A stretch of 64,000 nt of DNA. Source: Diplonema japonicum (taxonomy: Eukaryota > Protista > Euglenozoa: Diplonemea). The stretch is from the NCBI GenBank assembly GCA_964019335.1, contig OZ025666.1, forward strand, positions 372,001-436,000, given 5' to 3'. The notes beneath the pieces are model-generated. The model searched no databases and was not told the origin of the DNA. It saw only the letters and a program-made list of their open reading frames with translations. Both the position numbers and the translations under genes were made by a program. Positions 37,501-48,462 of the stretch are shown in pieces. Numbering within the stretch: the first letter of the stretch is position 1; every line of letters begins with the position of its first letter.

Positions 37501-38969
37501 ACGAGAGCGGGGCTCTATCAGCTATCCTCTCTGGGAAGGCTGAGGCCATCAACACCATGTTCGGTCCCAACATCGGGATGATCCTCCGCACCCTCTTCTG
37601 TCTTGGGATTGGGTTTGGAATTGCCTTTTCTGAGCAGTGGAAGCTTACCTTGGTGCTGCTCTCTTCTGTACCTGCTATGGCGTTGTCTGGCTTCTTGAAC
37701 TTGCTTCTCATTGGTGAGGGTTTCGAAGGCAACTCCGGTGGAGCGGCTGGGAGGGTCACAAGCGAGGCCATCTCGAACATCAAAACTGTCTCCGCTTTCA
37801 ACATGCAGGACAAGATGCTTGAAGTGTACTCCAAGGCAGGTGAGGGTGAGCTGGCAAAGAAGGAGAAGAGGTCCATCGGTATCGGGGCCACTTTCGGCTT
37901 CTCGCAGTTCTCGATGCTTGGCACCTTCGCCCTTGCCCTGTGGTATGGTGGGAGGCTCATCTCCGATGGGGAGACTGACTTCAGGTCCATGATGCTTGTT
38001 CTGATGGAGGTGACGATGTCCGCCATGGGTGTCGGTGAGGCAATGGGTCTTCAAGGGACTGGTCTCGATGCGAAGGAAGCTGCAGCGGAAGTGTTTGAGA
38101 TCCTGGACACGAAGTCGAAGGTGGACCAGATGTCATCTGAGGGGAAGAAAGGGGTGATGACAGACTGCAAGATCGACTTCCACGAGGTGACATTCCGGTA
38201 CCCCACCCGCCCTAACATGACTGTTCTGAACAAGCTGAACCTTGAGATCCCTTCTGCTGGGGAGAAGGGGATGCAGGTCGGGCTGATCGGGGGCACGGGG
38301 AGCGGGAAGTCTACTGTTCTGCAGCTGTTGCAACGCTTCTACGAGGTCCCGGAGGGGAAGATCGTTGTGGACGGGACGGACCTGAGAGACGTGGACCTGC
38401 AGTGGTGGAGGGAGCAGGTCGGGGTTGTGTCGCAGGAGCCTGTGCTGTTCGCGACGAGCGTGTTGGAGAACATCCGGTTCGGGAAGGAGGATGCGACGCT
38501 GGAGGAGGCGATGGAGGCGGCGAAGCTGGCACACATCCACGACGACATCATGAAGCTCCCCGACCAGTACGAGACGAACGTGGGGGCGAAGGGGTCGCTC
38601 TTGTCTGGGGGTCAGAAGCAGAGGGTGGCGATCGCGAGGGCAATCGTGAAGAAGCCGAGGGTACTGCTCCTGGACGAGGCGACATCGGCACTGGACAACG
38701 CGAGCGAGAAGGAGGTGCAGAGGGCGCTGGACAACGTGATCTCCTCCAGCTCCATGACCACCATCACAATCGCACACAAGCTCACCACCATCCAGCAGGC
38801 CGACTCCATCACCGTCCTCGACAGGGGTGACATCATCGAGCAAGGGACCCACGAAGAGCTCATGAAGATCGAGAACGGGGACTACAAATCCCGCTTCATG
38901 CTTTACCACTCCATCGACACAGCTGATGGTGAGGGTGAGACTAGCCCTAGTCATTCGAACCCTTTCTGA
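34588..38969 (+). CDS. ABCB1/MDR-like transporter, copy 4; intron 36835-36893
   Basis: Protein identical to copy 1 at a constant offset of 21366 bp. Identity continues about 590 bp into the 3' flank. Confidence 0.95.
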
Positions 38970-39561
38970 ACAAAAGGTGTTCAACCCTAGTCATTAAGCC
39001 CGTTCTGTAGCCATAACTTGAAATGGTGTGATGAAAATGAGAATTTACGCTTCCTAGTTTTTATTTCTCCCACCAAACTTTTAGAGACAAGTATGGTCTT
39101 TTTCTCTCTACCTTAACTTGCAGCTTTTTTTTTGTGAGTTGCTTGTTTCCCTCTCTTCTAACACTCTTCCCTCTCGAAGATTTTTTTAATCGTTTGTAAA
39201 GAAGCAATTAAAAGTAATATCATTGAAAAGATAAAAAGTATTATAAAGACATTCGGGGCGAATTGAATTCGCGTTTTTCGTTGTTACAATTAATTGTGAT
39301 TGTGCATCGAAAGATAAACTCATTCGCACCCCGTACTTCTTATTTTCCTTTTTTTTTTTTTCTCTCTTGTTTCGTTAAGATCTTCAGTTGTTTAGCCGAG
39401 CTTCAGGCTTTACTACTTACAATAGTTTCTTCGTATTACTGATTTGTTGCCGAAGGCATGCAATTACTGTTTCATGTTGCAGAGAGCTGAGGAAGGAGGG
39501 GGATGAGAACTGTCCTGCAGGTACACGGCCCTTAAGTATAAAAAGAAGAAAAAGATCGTTG

Positions 39562-39704
39562 ATGACCACCATCACAATCGCACACAAGCTCACCACCATC
39601 CAGCAAGGAACTCACGAGGAGCTCATGAAGATTGAGAACGGGGACTACAAATCCCGCTTCTTGCTTTACCACTCCATCGACACAGCTGATGGTGAGGGTG
39701 AGAC
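39562..39704 (+). pseudogene. C-terminal relic of a fifth ABCB copy
   Basis: MTTITIAHKLTTIQQ|GTHEELMKIENGDYKSRF...DGEGE, with an internal deletion relative to the intact copies. Confidence 0.85.
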
Positions 39705-41304
39705 CACGAACAATTTTAGAGGGAATACAAGAGTTTCGTTGATCACTTAACGTTTATGCTATCCCATGCTTAGTCTAGAAAACAGAACAGAACATTTTTG
39801 GTTGTCTTGAGGGACAGCTTTCAAAGACTAACGGCATTGTACTTTTTCTTTCCACCTAGCCTTATGTTTTTTTTTTTTTCTTCTGCTTTTGAATTCTTAA
39901 AACACCGAAGAGACTACCTACAAGCCCACTGGCAAGCCCCCCGAGCCCACCGACTATCCCCCACCGACTAGCCGTAGACCTAGCAAGCTAATCAAAAAGC
40001 AGCAGGAAGAAAACAAATCAAGTGTAAACAAATAGAAAGAAGAAAAAAAAAGAAAAAGAAAAAAAGGAAAGAAAGAAAAAATAACATAAACCCCAACAAC
40101 CCTCTTCCCCCATGTGCATCAATATAAAAAAAAAAAAAAAAAAGAAAAAAAAAGAATCCCGAGGACTGGCAACCAAAGGAGAAAAAAAAAAAAAAAAAAG
40201 CCTTTAATTGTGTAGTTATAGACTGTTAACCCCTTTTTTATGCCCTCCCCTATACGTAAAATCAATTCCTCACTTGCTCTTCTTCATTTTCTTTTTTGCC
40301 TCTCTTCGATTTTGCTTACCATTGACAAATAATAGAAAAAGAAAATTAATTTGTCAATAACTTCCTCCGGGAAGAGAAACGCTTTTATTTTCCCCTAGCT
40401 CATTTCCCTGCCCTCTTTACTTTTTCTTACGTGTCATATTCTCTTGCTCACAGGGTGCTGGCTTTTTTATATTTTTATTGGGGACCAATGTTTCCAACCT
40501 CCCTGTGGTGGTTCCTGGTAATTGTGGTTTGGAGAAACACAAGCGAAAGGGAAACTCTCGTTCTAAAGCCGTACACGTGGGGAAACCTGGACGGGGGTGG
40601 AGAGCCCACCCTACGCGTGGCGCCAGTTAGCATCGCCCTCAACGGAGAGTCCCTTATCCCATTACATCGAACAAGGAGGTGGCTTCACCAGGTCAGGCAA
40701 GTAGCCTCCCCGCGGCATCGTGCCAGTGAAGCAAGCCTCCCACAACTCTCTAGTTGGTGTTTAATTGCTTCTGTGGCCCCTCTCCCTATTTCAATTTCCA
40801 AGCTTTCTTTACTTCTCCACTCTTACTTTCTACGGGACCACAGGGGACTTGGGAGGCTTCGGGGCGAAGTTTCATAAGGGTGGCCGCTGTGTCACATACT
40901 GCATGGCACCACTAAAATCGAGACAACTTTTATTTGTAAAGGGAAGAGAAAGAAGAAAGAAAAAGCCTTTTGGTGAAACGCTTAGCAAGAGATGTGGCAC
41001 GTTTCAATCCCTTCCCCATCCCACCCCCCTTTTTTTATGTTTAATCCGAAAGCTAGGGCACGCGGTAGCCAAAAGAAGGGGAAAACGAAAGAAAACTACA
41101 AGAAAATATAAAGAATGGTGAGGGGAAAGAAAAAGAAAAAGAAAAAAAGAAAAAGCGAATCGGCCAGTGTGCACATCGGGGGAAAAAAAAAAACACTTAG
41201 CTTCCTGTAGCGTTGACAAAACTCATGTGCCTGAGGTGCCAGCCTCCTTTTTCTTGTGTTTTTTTTTTTTCTTTATTTTTTTCTCCGTTTCTCGGTCCAT
41301 TGTG

Positions 41305-41415
41305 CTGGTGGAGTGATTTGTCTGGTTGATTCCGTTAACGAACGAGATCTCGACCCTTAAATAGGTGTGACATACATCTGCCCGAGACGGTGCAATACTT
41401 CTTAAGGGGACTGCG
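41305..41415 (+). rRNA. Isolated SSU (18S) rRNA fragment (pseudogenic)
   Basis: TGGTGGAGTGATTTGTCTGGTTGATTCCGTTAACGAACGAGATCT...TAAATAG...ACTTCTTAAGGGGACT, the conserved flanks of V7. Confidence 0.85.
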
Positions 41416-41649
41416 TGCGTCTCTCTGACGTTCGTAGGGCTTATCTTTAAGAAGGGGGGATAGGGGGAGGGGGGATACTTCGGATTTTAATTATTTTATG
41501 CAACTTGTTGCCGTATTTTAAAAAAGAAAAAAATAATAATAATGAGAATGAAAAAGCTTTTTGCTCGGCACGTGTTGGCATATTTATGTATTAAAATCTT
41601 TTTTTTTTTTGAATGATAAAATATTTTGCAGCAAAAATAAGAGAAAATA

Positions 41650-41975
41650 ATGTTCGCTGTTGACCTCCCCATCGGTCATCACCGGTAGCGCCCAAGTGGA
41701 AGAAGCAGATGCTCTGGGTGGCGAACAGGCAGCAAACTACACGGGCTCAGAATCTTGGTTACCCGGGGCGCCCTGGCTGGGGTTGAGCTACCGCACGCAT
41801 TAAGGACACGACGCGGAACGCAGAAGCAGCTAGGCTGAGGTGCGCCCCCTGTAATCAAGTAGTAAATGGTGCTTGTGCAGGGTGCCCCCACCGGCTTCCT
41901 TTAAATCATCGAGTTTTTTTTTCTTCCTGAACAGTGAGCCCCCCATGCACACTGAAATTTTATCGAGTTTTCTTT
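41650..41975 (+). repeat. Dispersed structured repeat, copy 1
   Basis: Homologous to 42430-42825 and 63740-64000. Its 3' hairpin also occurs at 4062-4145. Confidence 0.85.
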
Positions 41976-42429
41976 TTTTTTCTAGGGGCGTCGATACATG
42001 GCTGCGACAGGAGACCACTCTCCTCTTCGAGTCAAACTGCCCCCTACCCTAGCACAACTACAAGCAATGTTTCTCGCCCGTCCATCTCATCGCGACAAGG
42101 CACCAGACAGCAACGGCAGAACGGTGACCGATTAGTGTGAATTTTAACGGTGAGCACCCATCCGCGCCCCAAGATTTATCAAATTTTCTCTCTCTCTATT
42201 TTGGGATAAAAGAAAAGGGGGAACAAGTCATGAAAGCCTGACAGACATGTTTTTTTATTTTTGAAAATGCCTTTTGTGTTCCTCAGTTTCTTTGTGCTGT
42301 TCCCCGTGTCCATGCCTAACAATAGTAAATGACCCTGAGCAGAATCAATTTTTTGATGCAGGTTGAAAGCTGACAGGATTGTTTTTTTCTATCTTCTTTT
42401 TTCGATCATTTTTTTTTCTTTTCCTTTTT

Positions 42430-42825
42430 TGGTGGTGGGGATAACACAGAATGGAAATATAAAGAAGCAAATCAGATGTGTTGTTCGCTGTTGACCTCCA
42501 CGTCGGTCATCACCGGTAGCGCCCGAGTGGAAGAACGTATCGCAGATGCTCAGGGTGACGAACAGGCAGCAAACTGCACGGGCTCAGAATCTTGGTTACC
42601 AGGGGCACCATGGCTGGGGTTGAGTTGCACACCGCACGCATTAAGGACACGACGGAACGCAGAAGAAGCTACAACTAGGCCGAGGCGCGCCCCCTGTAAT
42701 CAAGTAGACGATACTTGTGCAGGGCGCCCTGCCACATACTGCAGGCACCCTTAAATAGTCTCTTTTTTTTTTTTTTTTTCCTGAACAGTGAGCACCCCCA
42801 TGCACACTGAAATTTTATCGAGTTT
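42430..42825 (+). repeat. Dispersed structured repeat, copy 2
   Basis: Same family. Hairpins are followed by AGA/ACA motifs and then oligo-T. Confidence 0.85.
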
Positions 42826-43113
42826 TTTTTTTTAAATCCCTTCTTTCTGCTTCCTCTTGCCTTTATTTTTTTCAATCTTTTTTATTTCAACCTATTTTCC
42901 CTCTTTCATAGCACACGTTATATCAATACCACAGCATTATTTTTTTTTTTTGAGATAAGTTTTTTTTTGTGGCGGTATCGTGTGTATGCTATGCTTCGTT
43001 TGTTCTTGAAATCTGCACCTTCCCCCTCCCTCTCTCCCCATTTTTGAACAATTTTCTTCCAACTACTGTAGGCAGAACCTCAACACCTCAGTTTTTAAAA
43101 ACTATACCACAAA

Positions 43114-44793
43114 ATGAAGGCAATGAAGGTATTAGGGCTCGTAATGCTCGTAGGTGCTGCGTCGGGGCAGTCGGTCGCCGATTGTCAAAGGTGCATCAAC
43201 AGAGGGGAGCCCTGTTATAAATCAGACTGGGCTGAGCCGTGTTATCCAGGTGGGGGCAGTGCAGGTGCATGTGCGGCGAATGGAGCAACATGGTGCCCAA
43301 GCATGGGGGGGACTGGTCCCGCACCGAATCCGACCCCCACTCCCCCCACCCCCCCCGCTGGTCCCAGTGCACAGGCGGGGCACGACAGCAGGCTCATTGC
43401 GTACGTCGGCAATTGGCAGGCCTGCCCCACGGACGCACAGGTGAACGCCTACACCCACATCCTCGTTTCCTTCGCTGTGTCATACACCTGGGCCGCTGCC
43501 AAGAACCAGTGCAACGCGCAGTGCAAGATCAGCACGCCTGTCCCTGTCTGCAACAACGCACCCAACCCTGGCCTCATCTCCAAGTGGCGTGCTGCTGGTA
43601 AAAAGGTCATCCTCTCCTTCGGCGGTGCCGGCATGGGTGGCTCTTGGGACGGCCTCAACGACTGCTGGGAGTACTGCTACGGGAAGGAGGACTACGTCAT
43701 CCAGCAGCTTGTCGATATCTCCAGGAGCCAGGGCTTCGACGGGGTGGACATCGACTACGAGTACTACTACGAGAACGGGCAGAGGGGGTCCTCCTTCGCT
43801 AAGGGTGCACAGGCTCAGAAGTTCCTGAGGGACGTGACAGTCGGGCTGAGGCAGAGCCTCCCCTCCGGGAGCGAGGTCTCGCACGCCCCTATGGATATCG
43901 ACATGAAGAAGGGGACCGGCTACTACAACGTCATCAAGGAGGTGGCGAGCTCCATGGACTTCCTCATGCCGCAGTACTACAACGGGGTGACCCGCCCCAA
44001 CACAGACGGGATCAACGGGGGGGTGCACGAGTCCGCCCTGCAGCACTTCAAGACCCTCGTCACGGATTGCTTCAACAACGACCCCACGAAGGTGGTGTTT
44101 GGGTTCTGCATCAGCGACTGCTCAGGCACCGGCTCCAACAGCAACGCGCAGCAGGCTGTCAGCGTGATGAACGACCTGAACAAAGAGTACCCCTGCAACG
44201 GGGGGGCTTTCTTCTGGGTTGCTCTGCACGACACCAACGGTGCCTGGTCGCGTACAGTAGGCAACACAGTCAGCCAGACAAGGGGCTGCAGCAGTGGCGG
44301 TAACCCCAACCCTCCTTCTACTCCCATGCCTACCCCTATGCCGACTCCCATGCCTACTCCTTTGCCGACTCCCATGCCCACTCCTATGCCTACTCCCATG
44401 CCGACCCCACAGCCTGCTAACGAGCCTGATGCTACTCCCATGCCTACTCCAATGCCCACTCCTATGCCTACTCCCATGCCGACCCCACAGCCTGCTAACG
44501 AGCCTGATGCTACTCCTATGCCCACTCCTATGCCAACTCCCATGCCGACCCCACAGCCTGCTAGCAGGACACCTGCTCCCACTCCCATGCCAACCCCTAT
44601 GCCGACTGATGCTTCCACTCCCGTGCCCACAGATGACAACCAGTGCGCACGCAGGATCGGAATGTGGGGCGGGTGCATGCAGAACAGGAACTGCTGTGAG
44701 GCAGGGCTTCAGTGCTACCAGCAGAGCAGGTGGTGGGCAAGGTGCCTGAGGAGGTGCTGGTACGCGCCTGAGTGCAGGAGGATCAGCAACTAG
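43114..44793 (+). CDS. Secreted GH18 chitinase with (PTPM)n linker and CBM1-like tail
   Basis: Signal peptide, KVILSFGG, catalytic [21 protein letters not shown]-terminal WGGC...[11 protein letters not shown]. Confidence 0.93.
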   Translation: MKAMKVLGLVMLVGAASGQSVADCQRCINRGEPCYKSDWAEPCYPGGGSAGACAANGATWCPSMGGTGPAPNPTPTPPTPPAGPSAQAGHDSRLIAYVGNWQACPTDAQVNAYTHILVSFAVSYTWAAAKNQCNAQCKISTPVPVCNNAPNPGLISKWRAAGKKVILSFGGAGMGGSWDGLNDCWEYCYGKEDYVIQQLVDISRSQGFDGVDIDYEYYYENGQRGSSFAKGAQAQKFLRDVTVGLRQSLPSGSEVSHAPMDIDMKKGTGYYNVIKEVASSMDFLMPQYYNGVTRPNTDGINGGVHESALQHFKTLVTDCFNNDPTKVVFGFCISDCSGTGSNSNAQQAVSVMNDLNKEYPCNGGAFFWVALHDTNGAWSRTVGNTVSQTRGCSSGGNPNPPSTPMPTPMPTPMPTPLPTPMPTPMPTPMPTPQPANEPDATPMPTPMPTPMPTPMPTPQPANEPDATPMPTPMPTPMPTPQPASRTPAPTPMPTPMPTDASTPVPTDDNQCARRIGMWGGCMQNRNCCEAGLQCYQQSRWWARCLRRCWYAPECRRISN

Positions 44794-45775
44794 AAAAAAA
44801 AAAGAGGTTTTGTTTAATTTCTCCCCCCTTTTTTTGTGATATATCGCGCAAAATGTCTTGTGTCGAAGGGGTTGGCTGGGCTTGAGTCTGTTGAATCCAT
44901 TGTTTAAAAAAAAAAAAAAAAAGGCCCTGAGGGAGGGGGAAAAAAAAGAACCAGGGAGAGAAAGAAAGAGAAAAACGGGTTTTTCTCTTCATTTTTGGTG
45001 ACAGCAAACTTATTTTGACAACATGTCAGATTTTTGCATCGATCGCCGGCTTTCTCAAATTCCCTAATGCTTCTTTTGTTTTCCTCCCAGAAAAAAAGCA
45101 CGAACCTGGCCAAATATATATATTCTTTATTTCTTCCTCTTCCCCACCCCTGCTTTGTTGTTTTCCTCGTTCTTTTTCTGGTTTCGTTTTATGAGGTTAC
45201 TTTGTCTTCTCTCTCTTTTGATAAGGGGAAGAGAAAGAGGAGAAGAAACACCCAATCTCATGCTTTTGTTTGCTTTTTGCTTCAGTGAACGCACCCCTTG
45301 CACACTGGATCAAAAGATTCTTTTTCTTTTTTTTTCTTTTTTTTTTTTTCGACTTCTCTATTTAAATTCTTTTTATGGCCCGTAAAAAAAAAGAGAAAAA
45401 ATAGCTTTTGTCATTTCTTAATTGAAAAAAAAAAAAGTGGAGAGGTCTTTTAAAAAAGAAAAGGAGGTTGTGTTTTATATCCCTCTCTTTTCCCTTTATT
45501 TATTTCTTTTTAAAAAGTTTTTTACCTTCTTCTTCTCCCCCTTTTGTTTCATCCTCAAAAAAACAAAAAAGAGGAAAACCAAATACACCATTATAAAAGA
45601 AGAAGTTTTTTTTTTATTTTTATTTATTTTTTTTTTTTTACTACCTATCTCTTTTTTTTTTTCCTTCTTTGTTTCTTTTTATTTTATTTCCCTTTACTTA
45701 TGGACCAGCCTTTGGGTTGAATTAAAAAAAAAAAGGCAATAGGGGGGAGGAGGAGAGGGAGAAAAAAAAAAGAAA

Positions 45776-46678
45776 ATGTTCGACAACAAATCAATAGATG
45801 GAGGAAAGAATGAAGGCCCGCAAGTAAAAGCGGGGCCGGCTCAACAAGGAGCGAGCGTTCCGGGAAGTTCAGCTTCTAACGAAGAAGGAAGGATGGAAGA
45901 GGTAGAGGTGGATTTTTCCCGAGCAGACCCTGTACTGAAGGAGGGACTCTCCACACTAAAATCGAGAATGGGACGAAAAGAAGAAGGCGGCGTTGCGTCT
46001 GCTGACGAACCCGAGGAGAGAATCAAAAACCCGTTCAAACAGCTTTCCGACATCAGCGCAAAATCAAACGGTGGGAAGGTGCTTCTAACACGCGACGTAA
46101 ACGGCTCCTGGAAAACAGCCGACGGTTTAACATGGGGACATGCAGTTCCACAAGACAGAACTCCAATAGAGCCCGTTCACCCTGACATCGTCCCCCCTGT
46201 CGGTAGTGACATAGTAGACAAAGTACTGGGCACAAAACCGGGTGAATCAATCGCTCTGAAAACAGAAGTTGCCGATTATATATCAAAGCGGGATGAGGCC
46301 AGACTGTGGTGGTTGGAAAAAATGAAAACTCCTTATAATAAACACAATGCCGGGGCTATGCTGGGTGTCGAAGTACCAGAGCGCAATGCCCACATAGACC
46401 ACGCCATGATGATGCGGCAGTACGGGCCTGGGCACCTTCCCTCCACCACCGCCGAGTGGGAGATCCACGAGACCATGGAGCAAAGGCGAAAATACCTGCG
46501 AACACTGCCCACGCAACCCCGTTACATCAAATGGTCCAAACGAGCCGTATTTGGATCCGTAGGTGGCTTATTCCTCCTTCAATGGGCATGGGTCAAGGGC
46601 AACGGGCACAAGGCCGACCAGTCGTACCGGTATTCTAAAGCAGTTGACATCACAGAGAGGCGTAATAAGTATGAATAA
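45776..46678 (+). CDS. Hypothetical protein with a single C-terminal TM segment
   Basis: 300-aa ORF on the coding strand with the hydrophobic stretch AVFGSVGGLFLLQWAW. Confidence 0.7.
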   Translation: MFDNKSIDGGKNEGPQVKAGPAQQGASVPGSSASNEEGRMEEVEVDFSRADPVLKEGLSTLKSRMGRKEEGGVASADEPEERIKNPFKQLSDISAKSNGGKVLLTRDVNGSWKTADGLTWGHAVPQDRTPIEPVHPDIVPPVGSDIVDKVLGTKPGESIALKTEVADYISKRDEARLWWLEKMKTPYNKHNAGAMLGVEVPERNAHIDHAMMMRQYGPGHLPSTTAEWEIHETMEQRRKYLRTLPTQPRYIKWSKRAVFGSVGGLFLLQWAWVKGNGHKADQSYRYSKAVDITERRNKYE

Positions 46679-46875
46679 GAGGGAAAAAACAACCACACGC
46701 ACAGGCAAAACCCCCCGTACAGATCGCGATCAGTATACCCATATGTGTGAGGAACGGGGGGTATCCTTGTTTTTTTTATTTCTCGTTTTTTTTTGTGGAT
46801 CGGAGGCAGTGTTGTGTGATTCCCCCCCCTCCCCTTCTCGTTTGAATTAAACCAGGACCAGTGGGGTGGTGTAGG

Positions 46876-48411
46876 ATGAATAGCTATGCCGGAGGGGTAG
46901 CAGCGCCACCCACGACACCGATACCAATGGGCGAGCACCTTGTGAACTTCAACCAGATGCCCTCGAACGATCAGCTGGCCAACTCAACACAGGAAGGCCC
47001 TCTTGCGACGCTCACTGCGTTGGAGTCTATGAAGTATTCTGCATCGCTCCGCGAGGACTACATCACAGCACAGAAGTGCAAAGAGCAGATGGAGAGGCTC
47101 CAGTGTAACACTGCCAACACTGCCACGCCTCGGTTCACCATGTGCACGCCTCTCCCGTGCAGTGTGTTTGAAAGGCAGATCATCACACGGAACGAGATGA
47201 AAAAGGAGCTCACTGAAGATGTGTTGCTGCAGCCGCTTGTGACGCAGGCAGAGATCATCGGGTTCTGGAACGAGCTTGCGTCGAAGCTCGCAGAGGAGCA
47301 CAAGACGGTGGGGAACATGGCTTACGGCCTCCTTGTGCTGCAGATGTACCGTAGGCTCTGCGGGGTCGTGCCTTACGCAACCCGTCTGAACCAAGACCTC
47401 GTGAACAGGGCGCACAAAGGCGCTTCCCTTATCGAAAAGTGGGGTGTCGTCAGTAGGACCCTCAGCAAGCCTGACACATGGCCCGATGACCTCTATGCAG
47501 CTGCTCTGCAAGGGCTGAACGGCAGTCTGGCCGTGAGACACGAGGCGCACGCCGCATGTGTCGGGACCGCTGTGCATGCTCTCATGAACAACTCCGGCAG
47601 CAGCACATGGACATCACTCCCGCACAGAAGATGGCTGCTCTCCCCTGGCCTAAACGAAACTGGCTTCGGCACATCGGGAACGACCACCACAGTGTACACC
47701 TACGCTGCCTCGCAGAACCACCACCTAATGAAGCCGTACACAGCCTTCCCTCCCCAGGGGTACTTCCCGTTGGAATGGGTAGACGAAGACCTTGCTTGGT
47801 CCTGCAGTGTGAACCCCATGCAATACGTGCAGCATGGCGAAGTGGAGGTCACCATCTCACCGATAGTGTCGCAGAATGGGACGTATCAACGCCTACAAGC
47901 ACTGAAGCTGAAAGAAGGTGTGTATGTGAACACGGACTACCATGGACTGGGACCTTGCGTTGTGTTTAAACCAGAGGGCATCCTGCTGGCGGACGGGTCG
48001 TGCTATGAAGTTGTGATCACTGGTATGGGGAGGTACAACGGAGAGGGGGGCGAGCTTGTAGTCGACGAAAGCGTGCTGGCAGACGGTGCGACGAGAATCA
48101 CATTGAAGAACACATCGCAGGTGAAGTACGATGTGAAGTTCAGCTTTGCTGGGATAGAGGCCTGTCCGCCATTGGTAACGGCGCTGTCATCAGGGGTCAC
48201 AGTGTCGGAAGGGCATCAATACCGCAGTGCTGTCCCACCAGGCGCGACGATCCCCTTCGTCAAAGGCGTCTGGTCATCATACACTAAGCTATGTGCTTCC
48301 GGCCCCCCCGATACCACTCCGTCCTCCACTCCGGAACGCATATCTTATATGACTATTTTCTTCAAGTCCGGCCTCCCTGCCACTACCGTTGACACTGCAG
48401 ATTTGGGTTAA
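46876..48411 (+). CDS. Hypothetical protein with UVR-like helix and CAP/SCP-like domain
   Basis: EDYITAQKCKEQMERLQ is UVR-like. LQMYRRLCGV and PHRRWLLSPGLNETGFG are CAP-like. Confidence 0.65.
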   Translation: MNSYAGGVAAPPTTPIPMGEHLVNFNQMPSNDQLANSTQEGPLATLTALESMKYSASLREDYITAQKCKEQMERLQCNTANTATPRFTMCTPLPCSVFERQIITRNEMKKELTEDVLLQPLVTQAEIIGFWNELASKLAEEHKTVGNMAYGLLVLQMYRRLCGVVPYATRLNQDLVNRAHKGASLIEKWGVVSRTLSKPDTWPDDLYAAALQGLNGSLAVRHEAHAACVGTAVHALMNNSGSSTWTSLPHRRWLLSPGLNETGFGTSGTTTTVYTYAASQNHHLMKPYTAFPPQGYFPLEWVDEDLAWSCSVNPMQYVQHGEVEVTISPIVSQNGTYQRLQALKLKEGVYVNTDYHGLGPCVVFKPEGILLADGSCYEVVITGMGRYNGEGGELVVDESVLADGATRITLKNTSQVKYDVKFSFAGIEACPPLVTALSSGVTVSEGHQYRSAVPPGATIPFVKGVWSSYTKLCASGPPDTTPSSTPERISYMTIFFKSGLPATTVDTADLG

Positions 48412-48462
48412 CATCGATTTATCGGAGCGCTTTGTTGTTGTACCTCTTTTTTCTTCCTACAA

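Noticed and set aside
42670-42705. SRP (7SL) RNA, suggested by GCGCCCCCTGTAATC
   Set aside because: The Alu-like motif lies at the 3' end of the repeat, and no convincing helix 6/8 motifs follow.
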